DNA of 64,000 nucleotides, taken from positions 32,552-96,551 of the forward strand of contig DAIRSI010000010.1 in NCBI GenBank assembly GCA_036804505.1, read 5' to 3'. Below the pieces are notes generated by a model. It made no database searches. It was not told the DNA's origin and saw nothing but the letters and a program-made list of their open reading frames with translations. The stretch is from Bacteroidaceae bacterium. Its GTDB lineage: Bacteria > Bacteroidota > Bacteroidia > Bacteroidales > Bacteroidaceae. Positions 18,542-27,466 of the stretch are shown one piece after another. Numbering within the stretch: position 1 is the first letter of the stretch; each line of letters starts with the position of its first letter. The position numbers and the translations under genes are program-made.

Positions 18542-19240
18542 ATGGAAACAAAAGAAGAAATCAGAAACATGGCTTTGGCCGAAGGGGCCGATGTATGCGG
18601 ATTTGCCGGCATAGAACGCTTCGGCGATGCGCCCCGTGGGTTTGCCCCGACCGATGTATATAAGGACTGCCGCTCGGTGTTGGTGCTGGGTGTGGCTCTG
18701 CCCAAAGGTATGTCGCAAGTGGCTCCGCAATTGATTTACAACTATTTCAACGGCAACATCGTGACGGTGGTGGATGATATGCTCCTCCGCCTTGCCAAGA
18801 GAATTGAAAAGAACTACGGAGGCTTCGCCGTGCCCCTGCCAAGCGATATGGCCGGCTCCTGGAATGAGGAGACCAAGACTGCCCACGGCATTCTCTCCAT
18901 GAAACATCTGGCTGTGAGTGCGGGTATCGGCTTCATGGGCAAAAACACCATACTATGCAACGAGAACTTCGGCAATCTCATGACCGTGGGTGCGCTGCTA
19001 CTCAACATGGACCTCCCTTCGGACGAGCTCGCTGTGAACCATTGTCCGCCCAAGTGCCGTATCTGCATCGACCATTGTCCTGCCCATGCCATCCGCGAAG
19101 ACGGTACAGTGAATCAGGCCCTCTGCCGCCCTGCTGCTTATGGTACCACTTTCCGAGGCTATGGAACCGTGGAGTGCAACCGCTGCCGCATGCTTTGTCC
19201 GTTGAGGTTCGGAGTAAAGAAAGTGGCGGTAAAAGAATAA
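18542..19240 (+). CDS. 4Fe-4S cluster-binding protein, epoxyqueuosine-reductase/reductive-dehalogenase-like
   Basis: 232 aa. Ferredoxin-type CPPKCRICIDHCP plus a second Cys cluster CNRCRMLCP. Confidence 0.7.
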   Translation: METKEEIRNMALAEGADVCGFAGIERFGDAPRGFAPTDVYKDCRSVLVLGVALPKGMSQVAPQLIYNYFNGNIVTVVDDMLLRLAKRIEKNYGGFAVPLPSDMAGSWNEETKTAHGILSMKHLAVSAGIGFMGKNTILCNENFGNLMTVGALLLNMDLPSDELAVNHCPPKCRICIDHCPAHAIREDGTVNQALCRPAAYGTTFRGYGTVECNRCRMLCPLRFGVKKVAVKE

Positions 19241-19252
19241 AAAGACATACTG

Positions 19253-19819
19253 ATGGAACCCCAAACAGTAAAATACTTTAAAACCAGAGACAGCTGGCGG
19301 GCATGGCTGACGGACAACTTCGAGACGGCTGATGGAATCTGGTTTGTTTTCCCCTGTAAGTCATCGGGCGAAAAAGGCATTTTGTATAATGATGCCGTAG
19401 AAGAAGCCCTCTGTTTCGGATGGATTGACAGCACTGTGAAAGCGATGGACAAGGACCATAAGATTCAGCGCTTCACTCCGAGGAATCCTAAAAGTTCTTT
19501 CTCGCAATCCAACAAAGAAAGGCTGAAATGGCTGCTAGAGAATAAAATGATACATCCCAAATTCGAAGATAAAGTAAAAGAAGTGCTATCGGAACCTTTC
19601 GTGTTCCCCGAAGATATCATGGACCGGTTGAAGGAAAACGAAACGGTATGGAAGAATTATCAGCAATTCTCCGATTCCTACAAACGAATCCGAATTGCCT
19701 ACATCGAACATGCAAGGATATTTTCCCCGGAATTCGAGAAGAGGTTGAAGCACTTCATCAGCAAAACGGCCGAGAATAAATTGATAGCCGGCTATGGAGG
19801 AATTGAGAAATATTATTGA
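19253..19819 (+). CDS. YdeI/OmpD-associated family protein
   Basis: 188 aa; ..WRAWL....GIWFVF......ILYNDAVEEALCFGWIDS..RFTPRNPKS.WS..N pattern of this family. Confidence 0.72.
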   Translation: MEPQTVKYFKTRDSWRAWLTDNFETADGIWFVFPCKSSGEKGILYNDAVEEALCFGWIDSTVKAMDKDHKIQRFTPRNPKSSFSQSNKERLKWLLENKMIHPKFEDKVKEVLSEPFVFPEDIMDRLKENETVWKNYQQFSDSYKRIRIAYIEHARIFSPEFEKRLKHFISKTAENKLIAGYGGIEKYY

Positions 19820-19884
19820 CCAAAGGAATGAAGAACCTCTCATGAAAGAATCAAGCAGAGAAAAATAATTAATAGACAAAATAT

Positions 19885-20274
19885 ATGAAATTAGACGGAT
19901 TTGGAATATTTGTAAAAGATATGCCCACCATGGTGCGCTTCTATCGCGATGTACTGGGTTTTGAAATCAAGGAAGACGAGAACACCACTAATGTCTTTCT
20001 GGAAAAGGACGGAACACTCTTTCTCCTGTACCGCCGGACTGATTTTGAAGAGATGACAGGCCGTCGGTTCGATTATGCACGCGGAGTGAACGGCCATTAC
20101 GAAATAGCCCTGAGCGTGGAGAATTATGCTTCCGTGGACAAAGCTTACGCCGAAGCCCTCAGCAAAGGGGCGGCATCCGTCATGGGACCTGCCACCGAGC
20201 CTTGGGGACAGCGCACTTGCTACATATCCGATCCAGAGGGAAATCTCATCGAAATAGGCTCATTTACGGTTTAA
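19885..20274 (+). CDS. VOC (glyoxalase/bleomycin-resistance fold) family protein
   Basis: 129 aa; ..FYRDVLGFE.. near the N-terminus and ..DPEGNLIEI.. near the C-terminus. Confidence 0.85.
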   Translation: MKLDGFGIFVKDMPTMVRFYRDVLGFEIKEDENTTNVFLEKDGTLFLLYRRTDFEEMTGRRFDYARGVNGHYEIALSVENYASVDKAYAEALSKGAASVMGPATEPWGQRTCYISDPEGNLIEIGSFTV

Positions 20275-20321
20275 GGGTAACCCAAAAAATGTTCGGAAAT
20301 AATTTTACGTATAAATTTTGC

Positions 20322-20329
20322 TATATTTG
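20322..20329 (+). promoter_or_regulatory. Bacteroides-type -7 box TATATTTG
   Basis: Matches TAnnTTTG, 25 nt upstream of ATG 20355. Confidence 0.5.
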
Positions 20330-20354
20330 TATCCGGTAAGATAAAAACAAGCCT

Positions 20355-20669
20355 ATGGCATCGAAAAAAGAAACGCTCGACTTTGTGCTCCGCCAGCTTG
20401 AGGGCATCGAAGAAATCTCATCCCGAAAAATGATGGGGGAGTACCTCATCTACTATAAAGCCAAGGTCGTTGGCGGCATCTACGATGACCGCTTTCTGGT
20501 GAAGAAAACGCCTGGCAGCACAGCCATCCTTCCCGATGTGGCGGAAGAAATTCCCTACGAAGGTGCCAAACCCATGCTTTCCTTGTCCGATATCATCTTC
20601 GATGAACATCCTGAAAACAGGAATCTCATGAAGAAAGTGTTCACTGCCATATTCAATGATTTGAAATAA
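20355..20669 (+). CDS. TfoX/Sxy N-terminal domain family protein
   Basis: 104 aa; ..SRKMMGEYLIYYKAKVVGGIYDDRFLVK.. matches the TfoX_N pattern. Confidence 0.78.
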   Translation: MASKKETLDFVLRQLEGIEEISSRKMMGEYLIYYKAKVVGGIYDDRFLVKKTPGSTAILPDVAEEIPYEGAKPMLSLSDIIFDEHPENRNLMKKVFTAIFNDLK

Positions 20670-20706
20670 ATATCTCTGCACAGGCATGGAATCCTAAAAT
20701 TTTGCA

Positions 20707-20714
20707 TATCTTTG
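20707..20714 (+). promoter_or_regulatory. Bacteroides-type -7 box TATCTTTG, 150 nt upstream of the next start
   Basis: Matches TAnnTTTG. It would give a long leader containing two hairpins (20754-20786 and 20799-20823). Confidence 0.35.
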
Positions 20715-20864
20715 CCCTGTATGTTGAAAACAAATTTGGATATTGTCAGGTAAATAACCTTTCGAGGCTTGTTGGCCTCGGGTTATCCCTCCGCATTTCT
20801 CAGGCATGAACAGGATGCTTGAGCAGTTATTTTTATATATCAAACAATTTAAATTTTCAACATC

Positions 20865-21644
20865 ATGAATAACGAAAATAACAGTACCATTCACGAATTC
20901 GATTTCAGTTTAATCTGCGAATATTTTTCTTCCATCGACCGTCAGGGCCCCGGCAGCAAGGAAGCTACCCTCAAGGCTTTGAGTTTCATTGAAGGTCTTG
21001 ATGCCCGGTCACGAATAGCCGATCTCGGATGCGGAACCGGAGGTCAGACGGTAACTTTGGCGCAAAACTCTCCTGCCTCTATCACGGCTCTCGATTTGTT
21101 TCCCTTGTTCATAGACAAGTTGAATGAGCGCGCTTCCCGTCTCAATCTGACGGATAGAATCAGCGGCATCACAGGCTCTATGGATGATTTGCCTTTCAGT
21201 GAAGAGGAGTTCAATGTGATATGGAGCGAAGGTGCCATCTACAACATCGGCTTCCGTAAAGGCTTGCAGTATTGGTATAAGTTCCTGAAAAAGAATGGTT
21301 ACATAGCTGTGACTGAAGCTTGTTGGCTTACGGACTCCCGCCCTCAGGAGATAGAGGACTTTTGGATGGATGCTTATCCCGAAATCGATACCATCCCTAG
21401 CAAGACGGCTCAGTTGCAGGAGGTAGGTTATGAGTCCGTAGTAACGTTCACGCTCCCCGAAAAGTGCTGGACAGAGAATTTTTATGTTCCTCAGATCGAG
21501 GCGCAAAAGAAGTTCTTGAGCCGGCATGACGGCGATGCTGTTGCGGAGGAGCTCGTGAAGTACATGCGGCACGAGGACGAATTATACTCTCGCTACAAAC
21601 AGTATTATGGCTATGTGTTCTTTATCGGGAAGAAAATTTCCTGA
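20865..21644 (+). CDS. class I SAM-dependent methyltransferase (small-molecule type)
   Basis: 259 aa. Motif [12 protein letters not shown], with a post-I acidic residue in ..ALDL... Confidence 0.85.
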   Translation: MNNENNSTIHEFDFSLICEYFSSIDRQGPGSKEATLKALSFIEGLDARSRIADLGCGTGGQTVTLAQNSPASITALDLFPLFIDKLNERASRLNLTDRISGITGSMDDLPFSEEEFNVIWSEGAIYNIGFRKGLQYWYKFLKKNGYIAVTEACWLTDSRPQEIEDFWMDAYPEIDTIPSKTAQLQEVGYESVVTFTLPEKCWTENFYVPQIEAQKKFLSRHDGDAVAEELVKYMRHEDELYSRYKQYYGYVFFIGKKIS

Positions 21645-21724
21645 TAGAAATTGAATTTTCACGTCCGGTTTGCAACCTTTTTGCTAGCCGGCTACGTCTA
21701 ATTATTAAATAACCATTAAATGAG

Positions 21725-22051
21725 ATGAATATGATTTTATCTACGACTCCTTCCCTTGAAGGGAAAAAGATTACAAGTTATATGGGCATTGTGACCGGTG
21801 AAACGATTATAGGTGCCAACATCGTGCGCGACCTTTTTGCCGGTATCCGCGATATTGTAGGCGGACGCGCCGAGTCTTATGAAGAGGTCCTTCGCGAGGC
21901 CAAGGATTCTGCTCTCAACGAGATGAGTGCACGGGCTGTACAAATGGGCGCCAATGCCATTGTGGGAGTGGATCTCGATTACGAGACGGTGGGTAGCGGA
22001 GGCAGTATGCTCATGGTCACTGCAAGCGGCACGGCCGTAACAGTGGAATGA
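21725..22051 (+). CDS. YbjQ family (UPF0145) protein
   Basis: 108 aa; ..[28 protein letters not shown]...[13 protein letters not shown]...[11 protein letters not shown]. Confidence 0.85.
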   Translation: MNMILSTTPSLEGKKITSYMGIVTGETIIGANIVRDLFAGIRDIVGGRAESYEEVLREAKDSALNEMSARAVQMGANAIVGVDLDYETVGSGGSMLMVTASGTAVTVE

Positions 22052-22084
22052 AGTCTTTGCTGAATTTCGAAGATGGATAATTAA

Positions 22085-22120
22085 AAGGACGTGTCTTTTC
22101 CGGGGCACGTCTTTTTTCTT
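22085..22120 (+). terminator. rho-independent terminator candidate
   Basis: Stem AAGGACGTG / CACGTCTTT with a 12-nt loop, followed by a T-run. Directly after the ybjQ-like stop. Confidence 0.55.
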
Positions 22121-22176
22121 TGTCCGCGGCATTGCAAATTCCCAGCCAAATGTTTGCCTTTATGAGGAGAAACTGA

Positions 22177-22184
22177 TATTTTTG
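22177..22184 (+). promoter_or_regulatory. Bacteroides-type -7 box TATTTTTG
   Basis: Matches TAnnTTTG, 24 nt upstream of ATG 22209. It overlaps the TTG track start at 22182. Confidence 0.5.
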
Positions 22185-22208
22185 TATATAAATCAGAACC
22201 TACTCATT

Positions 22209-23945
22209 ATGAAAAGAAAAAGTTTATTGAATGTAATTGCTTTGTTGACAATTCTAGTTTGCACCACGGGTTTCGCCAAGGCGCAGAAGAATGCAAAATG
22301 GCTGGGAAATGCCGTGTTCTATCAGATTTATCCCTCTTCCTACATGGACAGTGACGGAAACGGAATCGGCGATTTGCCGGGCATCACTTCCCGACTGGAC
22401 TATATCCACTCCATCGGCGTGAATGCCATCTGGCTGAACCCCGTCTTCGAGTCGGGATGGTTCGACGGCGGTTATGACGTGATAGATTTCTACAAGATAG
22501 ATCCTCGCTTCGGCACCAATTCCGATATGGTGAAGCTGATAGAGGAGGCCCACAAGCGTGGTATCAAGGTTTGTCTCGATTTGGTTGCAGGACATACCAG
22601 CAGCCAGTGTGCCTGGTTCAAGGAATCCGCACAGGCCGATCCGAACTTGAGATACAGCGATTACTATATCTGGACAAATGAGATTTCACAGGAGGAAAAG
22701 CAGGGCATCGTGAACCGTCACAAACAGGCCAATCCTCTGTCGAGCACCATAGGCCGCTATGTGGAGGCCAATGCTCCGAGGGCAAAATATTATGAGAAGA
22801 ATTTCTTCGAGTGCCAGCCCGCCTTGAACTACGGTTTTGCGCAACTCGACCCTACACGGCCTTGGGAACAGCCGGTCACGGCTCCCGGACCTCAGGCTAC
22901 ACGCCGCGAGCTGAGGAATATCATGATGTTCTGGATGGACAAAGGCGTGGATGGCTTTCGTGTGGACATGGCTGCCAGCCTTGTAAAGAATGATCCCGAC
23001 AAAAAAGAAACCATCAAACTGTGGCAGGAAATGCGTTCTTGGATTAATTCCAACTATCCCGAACGTGTGCTTATTTCGGAATGGTCACAGCCCGATCAGG
23101 CCATCCCTGCCGGCTTCGACATCGACTTCTTCATTCACTTCGGCATCAAGGGTTATCCTTCCTTGTTCTTTGCCAAAGGCACCCCGGGGGAGGACCGTAA
23201 CAGTTATCCGTATTGCTATTTCGACCGCTCGGGCAAAGGGGTGCTCAAGGAGTTTGCTGAGAACTATTCCAAAGTCTATCAGAGTACGAAGGATTTGGGT
23301 TATATAGCCCTTCCTTCCGCCAATCATGATTACCAGCGCCCCAACATAGGGAGCCGCAATACCATGGAGCAGCTGAAAGTGGCCATGACTTTTTTCCTCA
23401 CCATGCCGGGCGTGCCTTTCATTTATTATGGTGACGAAGTGGCCATGAAATTCATCATGAATCTTCCGAGCAAGGAGGGCAGCAACGAGCGCTCCGGCAC
23501 TCGCACGCCCATGCAGTGGGAAAACAATGCCACGGCAGGGTTCTCCACTTGCACTCCTGATAAACTCTATTTCCCGGTGGATACCGACAACGGACGTCTC
23601 ACTGTTGCCGCTCAGGACAAAGACCCGCATTCCATGCTCAATTATGTGCGCAGCCTCATCAAGCTACGTCATTCCTCTGCCGCCTTGAACAATGACGGCG
23701 ATTGGCAGTTGGTGAGTGATGTGAACCATCCTTACCCCATGGTGTATAAGCGCACTTCGGGTGCCGAAACCTATCTGGTGGCTTTGAATCCAAGTGCCGG
23801 GAGCGTAAAAGCTTCCATTGCCCCGCAGGGAGTAAGCAAGCCGGTGCTCGTTTCAGCTTCGGGAAAAGGCAGCTACAGCAGCGGAAAGCTGAATGACGAG
23901 ATAAAGATGAGTGCTTTCTCGGCTTTGATTTATCACATCAAATAA
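22209..23945 (+). CDS. secreted alpha-amylase family glycoside hydrolase (GH13)
   Basis: Signal peptide MKRKSLLNVIALLTILVCTTGFAKA. GH13 regions ..GVNAIWLNP.., ..GVDGFRVDMA.., ..EW.., ..SANHD... Confidence 0.9.
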   Translation: MKRKSLLNVIALLTILVCTTGFAKAQKNAKWLGNAVFYQIYPSSYMDSDGNGIGDLPGITSRLDYIHSIGVNAIWLNPVFESGWFDGGYDVIDFYKIDPRFGTNSDMVKLIEEAHKRGIKVCLDLVAGHTSSQCAWFKESAQADPNLRYSDYYIWTNEISQEEKQGIVNRHKQANPLSSTIGRYVEANAPRAKYYEKNFFECQPALNYGFAQLDPTRPWEQPVTAPGPQATRRELRNIMMFWMDKGVDGFRVDMAASLVKNDPDKKETIKLWQEMRSWINSNYPERVLISEWSQPDQAIPAGFDIDFFIHFGIKGYPSLFFAKGTPGEDRNSYPYCYFDRSGKGVLKEFAENYSKVYQSTKDLGYIALPSANHDYQRPNIGSRNTMEQLKVAMTFFLTMPGVPFIYYGDEVAMKFIMNLPSKEGSNERSGTRTPMQWENNATAGFSTCTPDKLYFPVDTDNGRLTVAAQDKDPHSMLNYVRSLIKLRHSSAALNNDGDWQLVSDVNHPYPMVYKRTSGAETYLVALNPSAGSVKASIAPQGVSKPVLVSASGKGSYSSGKLNDEIKMSAFSALIYHIK

Positions 23946-24731
23946 ATGAAGTTTATGAATAAAATATATTGCGTACTTCTCCTTGTGATGGCGAGTGCAT
24001 GCAGCACTCTTCAGATGGAACAGAAAAAACTGGTTTGGGAAGAAAATTTCAAAGGTAATTCCATTGACTGGAGCCGATGGAGCAAGATTCGCAGAGGTGG
24101 GGCCGAATGGCAACGCCACATGAGTGATTTCGATTCGTGTTATGCCGTGAGAAACGGAAAACTTATCTTGCGCGGCATCCGGAACCGTTCCTTGCCCAAT
24201 GATACTGCTCCCTATCTCACCGGAGGCATCAGTACCAGAGGTAAAGTGGATTTCAGGGAAGGACGGATTGAGGTGAAAGCACGGCTCGGAGAAGCACGGG
24301 GTGCATGGCCTGCTTTCTGGATGCTGCCCGAAAATGAGCCATGGCCGGATGGAGGCGAGATTGACATCATGGAGCACCTCAATCATGACTCTATTGCCTA
24401 TCAGACAGTACATTCTCGCTACACCTATACTTTGCATCACGGCGACAAGCCGAAACAAGGCTCTACGGGGCCCATCAACAGAGGCAAATACAATGTCTAT
24501 GCGGTGGAAATCACAAAGGACAGTCTTTCTTTCTATATCAATGACCGTCACACATTCTCTTATCCTCGCGTTCCCGAAAAGGCAGGAGAAGGCCAATATG
24601 TTTTCACGGATCATCCTTTCTATTTGCTGCTCGACATGCAGTTGGGCGGAAATTGGGTAGGGAAGGTCCATGCAGAGGATCTTCCTGTAGAAATGCATAT
24701 AAAATGGGTAAGATACTATAGAAAAAACTAG
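23946..24731 (+). CDS. glycoside hydrolase family 16 lipoprotein (beta-glucanase-like)
   Basis: Lipobox ..LLLVMASAC.. and catalytic motif GGEIDIMEH. Its start abuts the GH13 stop (TAA ATG). Confidence 0.88.
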   Translation: MKFMNKIYCVLLLVMASACSTLQMEQKKLVWEENFKGNSIDWSRWSKIRRGGAEWQRHMSDFDSCYAVRNGKLILRGIRNRSLPNDTAPYLTGGISTRGKVDFREGRIEVKARLGEARGAWPAFWMLPENEPWPDGGEIDIMEHLNHDSIAYQTVHSRYTYTLHHGDKPKQGSTGPINRGKYNVYAVEITKDSLSFYINDRHTFSYPRVPEKAGEGQYVFTDHPFYLLLDMQLGGNWVGKVHAEDLPVEMHIKWVRYYRKN

Positions 24732-24751
24732 GACTGCTCCAGATAATAAAT

Positions 24752-24798
24752 AAAATACCAGTACAGCTTACTTGATATTGCTGTACTGGTATTTTTTA
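24752..24798. terminator. bidirectional rho-independent terminator
   Basis: Perfect 15-bp stem AAAATACCAGTACAG / CTGTACTGGTATTTT with A-run and T-run flanks, between convergent genes. Confidence 0.8.
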
Positions 24799-24868
24799 TT
24801 AGCAGTACTAGTTTCTCAACAAAGTTGTACTGCTTTCATATATGAATAAGCTATGTTGCCTGATTTTG

Positions 24869-26239
24869 TCAGGAGAGCAAGTCATTCAAAGCCTCGCTCA
24901 TGCTGGGATGAGTAAAGATGAAGTCGCGCAGGAAAGTATAGTCCATTCCTGCCTTCATGGCTGCGGCTACCGTGTTGATTACTTCGCTCGACTCAGGGCA
25001 GAAGAGGGTGCATCCTAAAATCTTGTTGGTGTCTTTGTCGATGATGGCTTTCAGCATGCCTTCCGTTTCGCGGAGGGTTTTTGCGCGTGGAATGGCCATT
25101 ACGGGAAGTTTCTTCACGAGGATGTTTTTTCCCAATTTCAGTGCTTCCTCTTCATTGAGTCCGATGCGTGACAAGGGAGGGTCGATGAAGACGGAATAAC
25201 TCACGAGGTTGCGGTCGCTCAATACCCGTTTGCCATCGCCGAAGAGGTCTTCACGTACAATGCGATAGTCATCGAGCGAGATATAGGTGAACTGGAGTCC
25301 GCCTTTCACGTCGCCAAGGGCACGCACATGAGGATTCGTAGTCACCAGATGTTCGTTTACCTTGATGGCACCGCGCTCATCGGTTTCCACACCTGCCGCT
25401 TCCAGATTCAAGTCGGCGGTGTTGGGTTTGCGTCCTGTAGCCAGAAGCACGGCTTCGGATTCGAGTATGTGGCTGGTGCCCGCTTGTGAATCAGTGAAGG
25501 AAACGGCTGCGAGTCCGTCCTTTTGTTCTACGGAAGTGACCTTGGCATTCAGGATGAAGCGGACGCCTTTCTTCTCGAGAGCGGCTTTCACGCTGTCGGC
25601 AATGTCGCGGTCTTCACGGCCGATGAGGATGGGATAGCTTTCGAGTACAGTTACCTCCGAACCGAAAGATGCATACATGGATGCAAATTCGAGTCCGATA
25701 TATCCGCCTCCGATGATGGTAAGTCTTTGCGGAAGCTCCTGCATCTCCATGATGGAAGTGCTGGTGTACACGTAAGGATTGTCCTTTACGCCGGGAATGG
25801 GAGGAATCACTGTTTCGGAACCGGTATTGATGACAATCAGATCCGATTTCAAGGTGAGGGTTTCCGTCTGGGTGCGCACAAGAACCGTATCTTCGGATGC
25901 GAATGAACCGATGCCATCGAATACCGTTATGAGTTCATTATCAGCCAGATTGTGGTAGTTCTTCTGCCGGAGCATACCTGTGACTTCTTCTTTCACCGTG
26001 ATGGCTTGCTTGTAGAACGTATTCTTTTCTTCGAAGGACAACCCTGTCTTTTTGGAAGCTTCCTTTGCCTGATGCACCAGAGTCTTCGTCGGGATGCATC
26101 CAATGTTGATGCAGGTTCCTCCGTACATTTTGTTGGAGCGTTCTATCATGGCTACTTTTTTCCCGCGCTTGGCAAGGTTAGCTGCAAGCGTCTTTCCGCC
26201 TTTGCCGAAACCGATAATGATTGCATCGAATTCTTTCAT
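24869..26239 (-). CDS. rclA: FAD-dependent pyridine nucleotide-disulfide oxidoreductase, RclA-like
   Basis: 456 aa. Redox-active GGTCINIGCIPTK, two Rossmann GxGxxG motifs, C-terminal ..FTHPSMSEALNDL. Strong resemblance to E. coli RclA as I recall it. Confidence 0.82.
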   Translation of the reverse strand: MKEFDAIIIGFGKGGKTLAANLAKRGKKVAMIERSNKMYGGTCINIGCIPTKTLVHQAKEASKKTGLSFEEKNTFYKQAITVKEEVTGMLRQKNYHNLADNELITVFDGIGSFASEDTVLVRTQTETLTLKSDLIVINTGSETVIPPIPGVKDNPYVYTSTSIMEMQELPQRLTIIGGGYIGLEFASMYASFGSEVTVLESYPILIGREDRDIADSVKAALEKKGVRFILNAKVTSVEQKDGLAAVSFTDSQAGTSHILESEAVLLATGRKPNTADLNLEAAGVETDERGAIKVNEHLVTTNPHVRALGDVKGGLQFTYISLDDYRIVREDLFGDGKRVLSDRNLVSYSVFIDPPLSRIGLNEEEALKLGKNILVKKLPVMAIPRAKTLRETEGMLKAIIDKDTNKILGCTLFCPESSEVINTVAAAMKAGMDYTFLRDFIFTHPSMSEALNDLLS

Positions 26240-26346
26240 TTCCGTATGATTTTTAGTTATTGTTATTTATGATGCAAATATCAGGCATATCAGTGACTAT
26301 TACAATAGCAATAAGTATTTATATCATGGCAATAATTCCCGATTCA

Positions 26347-27459
26347 TTAATTACTCTTCTTGTAACTGAGAATTGTCCACAGATTGAACAAGAGAGCAAA
26401 GCCGCAAAGGGCAAAGAAATTGGGCAGTAAATCGAAGAATCCGCTTCCCTTGAGATAGACCTGTCGCATCACCTCGATGAAATATCGCAGAGGATTGAAC
26501 AAGGTGATGCCTTGCGCCCATCCCGGCATACTGGCAATAGGGGTGAAAAGTCCGCTCATCAGGATGAGGATCATGACGAAGAACCACATTACGAACATGG
26601 CTTGCTGCATGGTGTCGGAATAGTTGGATATTACCAGCCCGATGCCCGACACCACAAGGATGTAGATGAGAGCGAAGAGGTATATCACGAATGGATTCCC
26701 CACCGGGTAGAGCCCGTAGCCCCAGGCTGCAATGCACAGACATATGGTGAAGACCGTCAGCCCTATTACCCAATTAGGAATGAGTTTGGCAAGGATGAAC
26801 ATGCTTTTCGATACGGGAGTGACATTGATTTGCTCGATGGTTCCCTTTTCTTTTTCACCAACAATGTTGATGGCGGGCAGGAAACCCGAAATCATCGTCA
26901 GGAGCATCACCATCAGGGCCGGTATCATGTAGATTTTATAGTCGAGGTGGGGATTGAATCTGTATTCCGGCACGACCTTGAATCGGGGAATGGTTGTTTG
27001 CGCGGCAAGAGCACCGCTTTCATTCTGCAAATCGGAAGAATAATCGCCCAATATGCCCGAGAGGTACTGGGAGCCTAATCCTGCCTTCATGCCGTTCACC
27101 GCGTTGGCGGATATCATTACGGAAGGAGAATTACCCGTGAACAGGTCGCGCTCGAATCTTGCCGGGATTTCCATAATGACGTCGGCTTTTCCGGATTCGA
27201 TGCTTTTCAAGGCCTGTTCGTTGGTTGGGGAATAATCCGTGAGCTTGAAGTAGCCCGAAGAAGGCACCTTCTCTATCAGTCTTTGAGAAACGGGACTGTG
27301 GTCATGGTCAATCACACTCAGTTTGATTCCTTTGATTTCCTGATTGGCTGCCCAGGGCATCACCAGCATCATGACGACTGACATGATGACAATCATCTTC
27401 GGAATGAAAGGATTCCTGCGCAACTGCTTAAACTCTTTTTCTATCAAATATTTCAACAT
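26347..27459 (-). CDS. ABC-2 type transporter permease (YbhR/YbhS-like)
   Basis: 370 aa. N-terminal TM, large extracytoplasmic loop, 5 C-terminal TMs. Last gene of the efflux operon. Confidence 0.88.
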   Translation of the reverse strand: MLKYLIEKEFKQLRRNPFIPKMIVIMSVVMMLVMPWAANQEIKGIKLSVIDHDHSPVSQRLIEKVPSSGYFKLTDYSPTNEQALKSIESGKADVIMEIPARFERDLFTGNSPSVMISANAVNGMKAGLGSQYLSGILGDYSSDLQNESGALAAQTTIPRFKVVPEYRFNPHLDYKIYMIPALMVMLLTMISGFLPAINIVGEKEKGTIEQINVTPVSKSMFILAKLIPNWVIGLTVFTICLCIAAWGYGLYPVGNPFVIYLFALIYILVVSGIGLVISNYSDTMQQAMFVMWFFVMILILMSGLFTPIASMPGWAQGITLFNPLRYFIEVMRQVYLKGSGFFDLLPNFFALCGFALLFNLWTILSYKKSN

Positions 27460-27466
27460 AAGGCAC

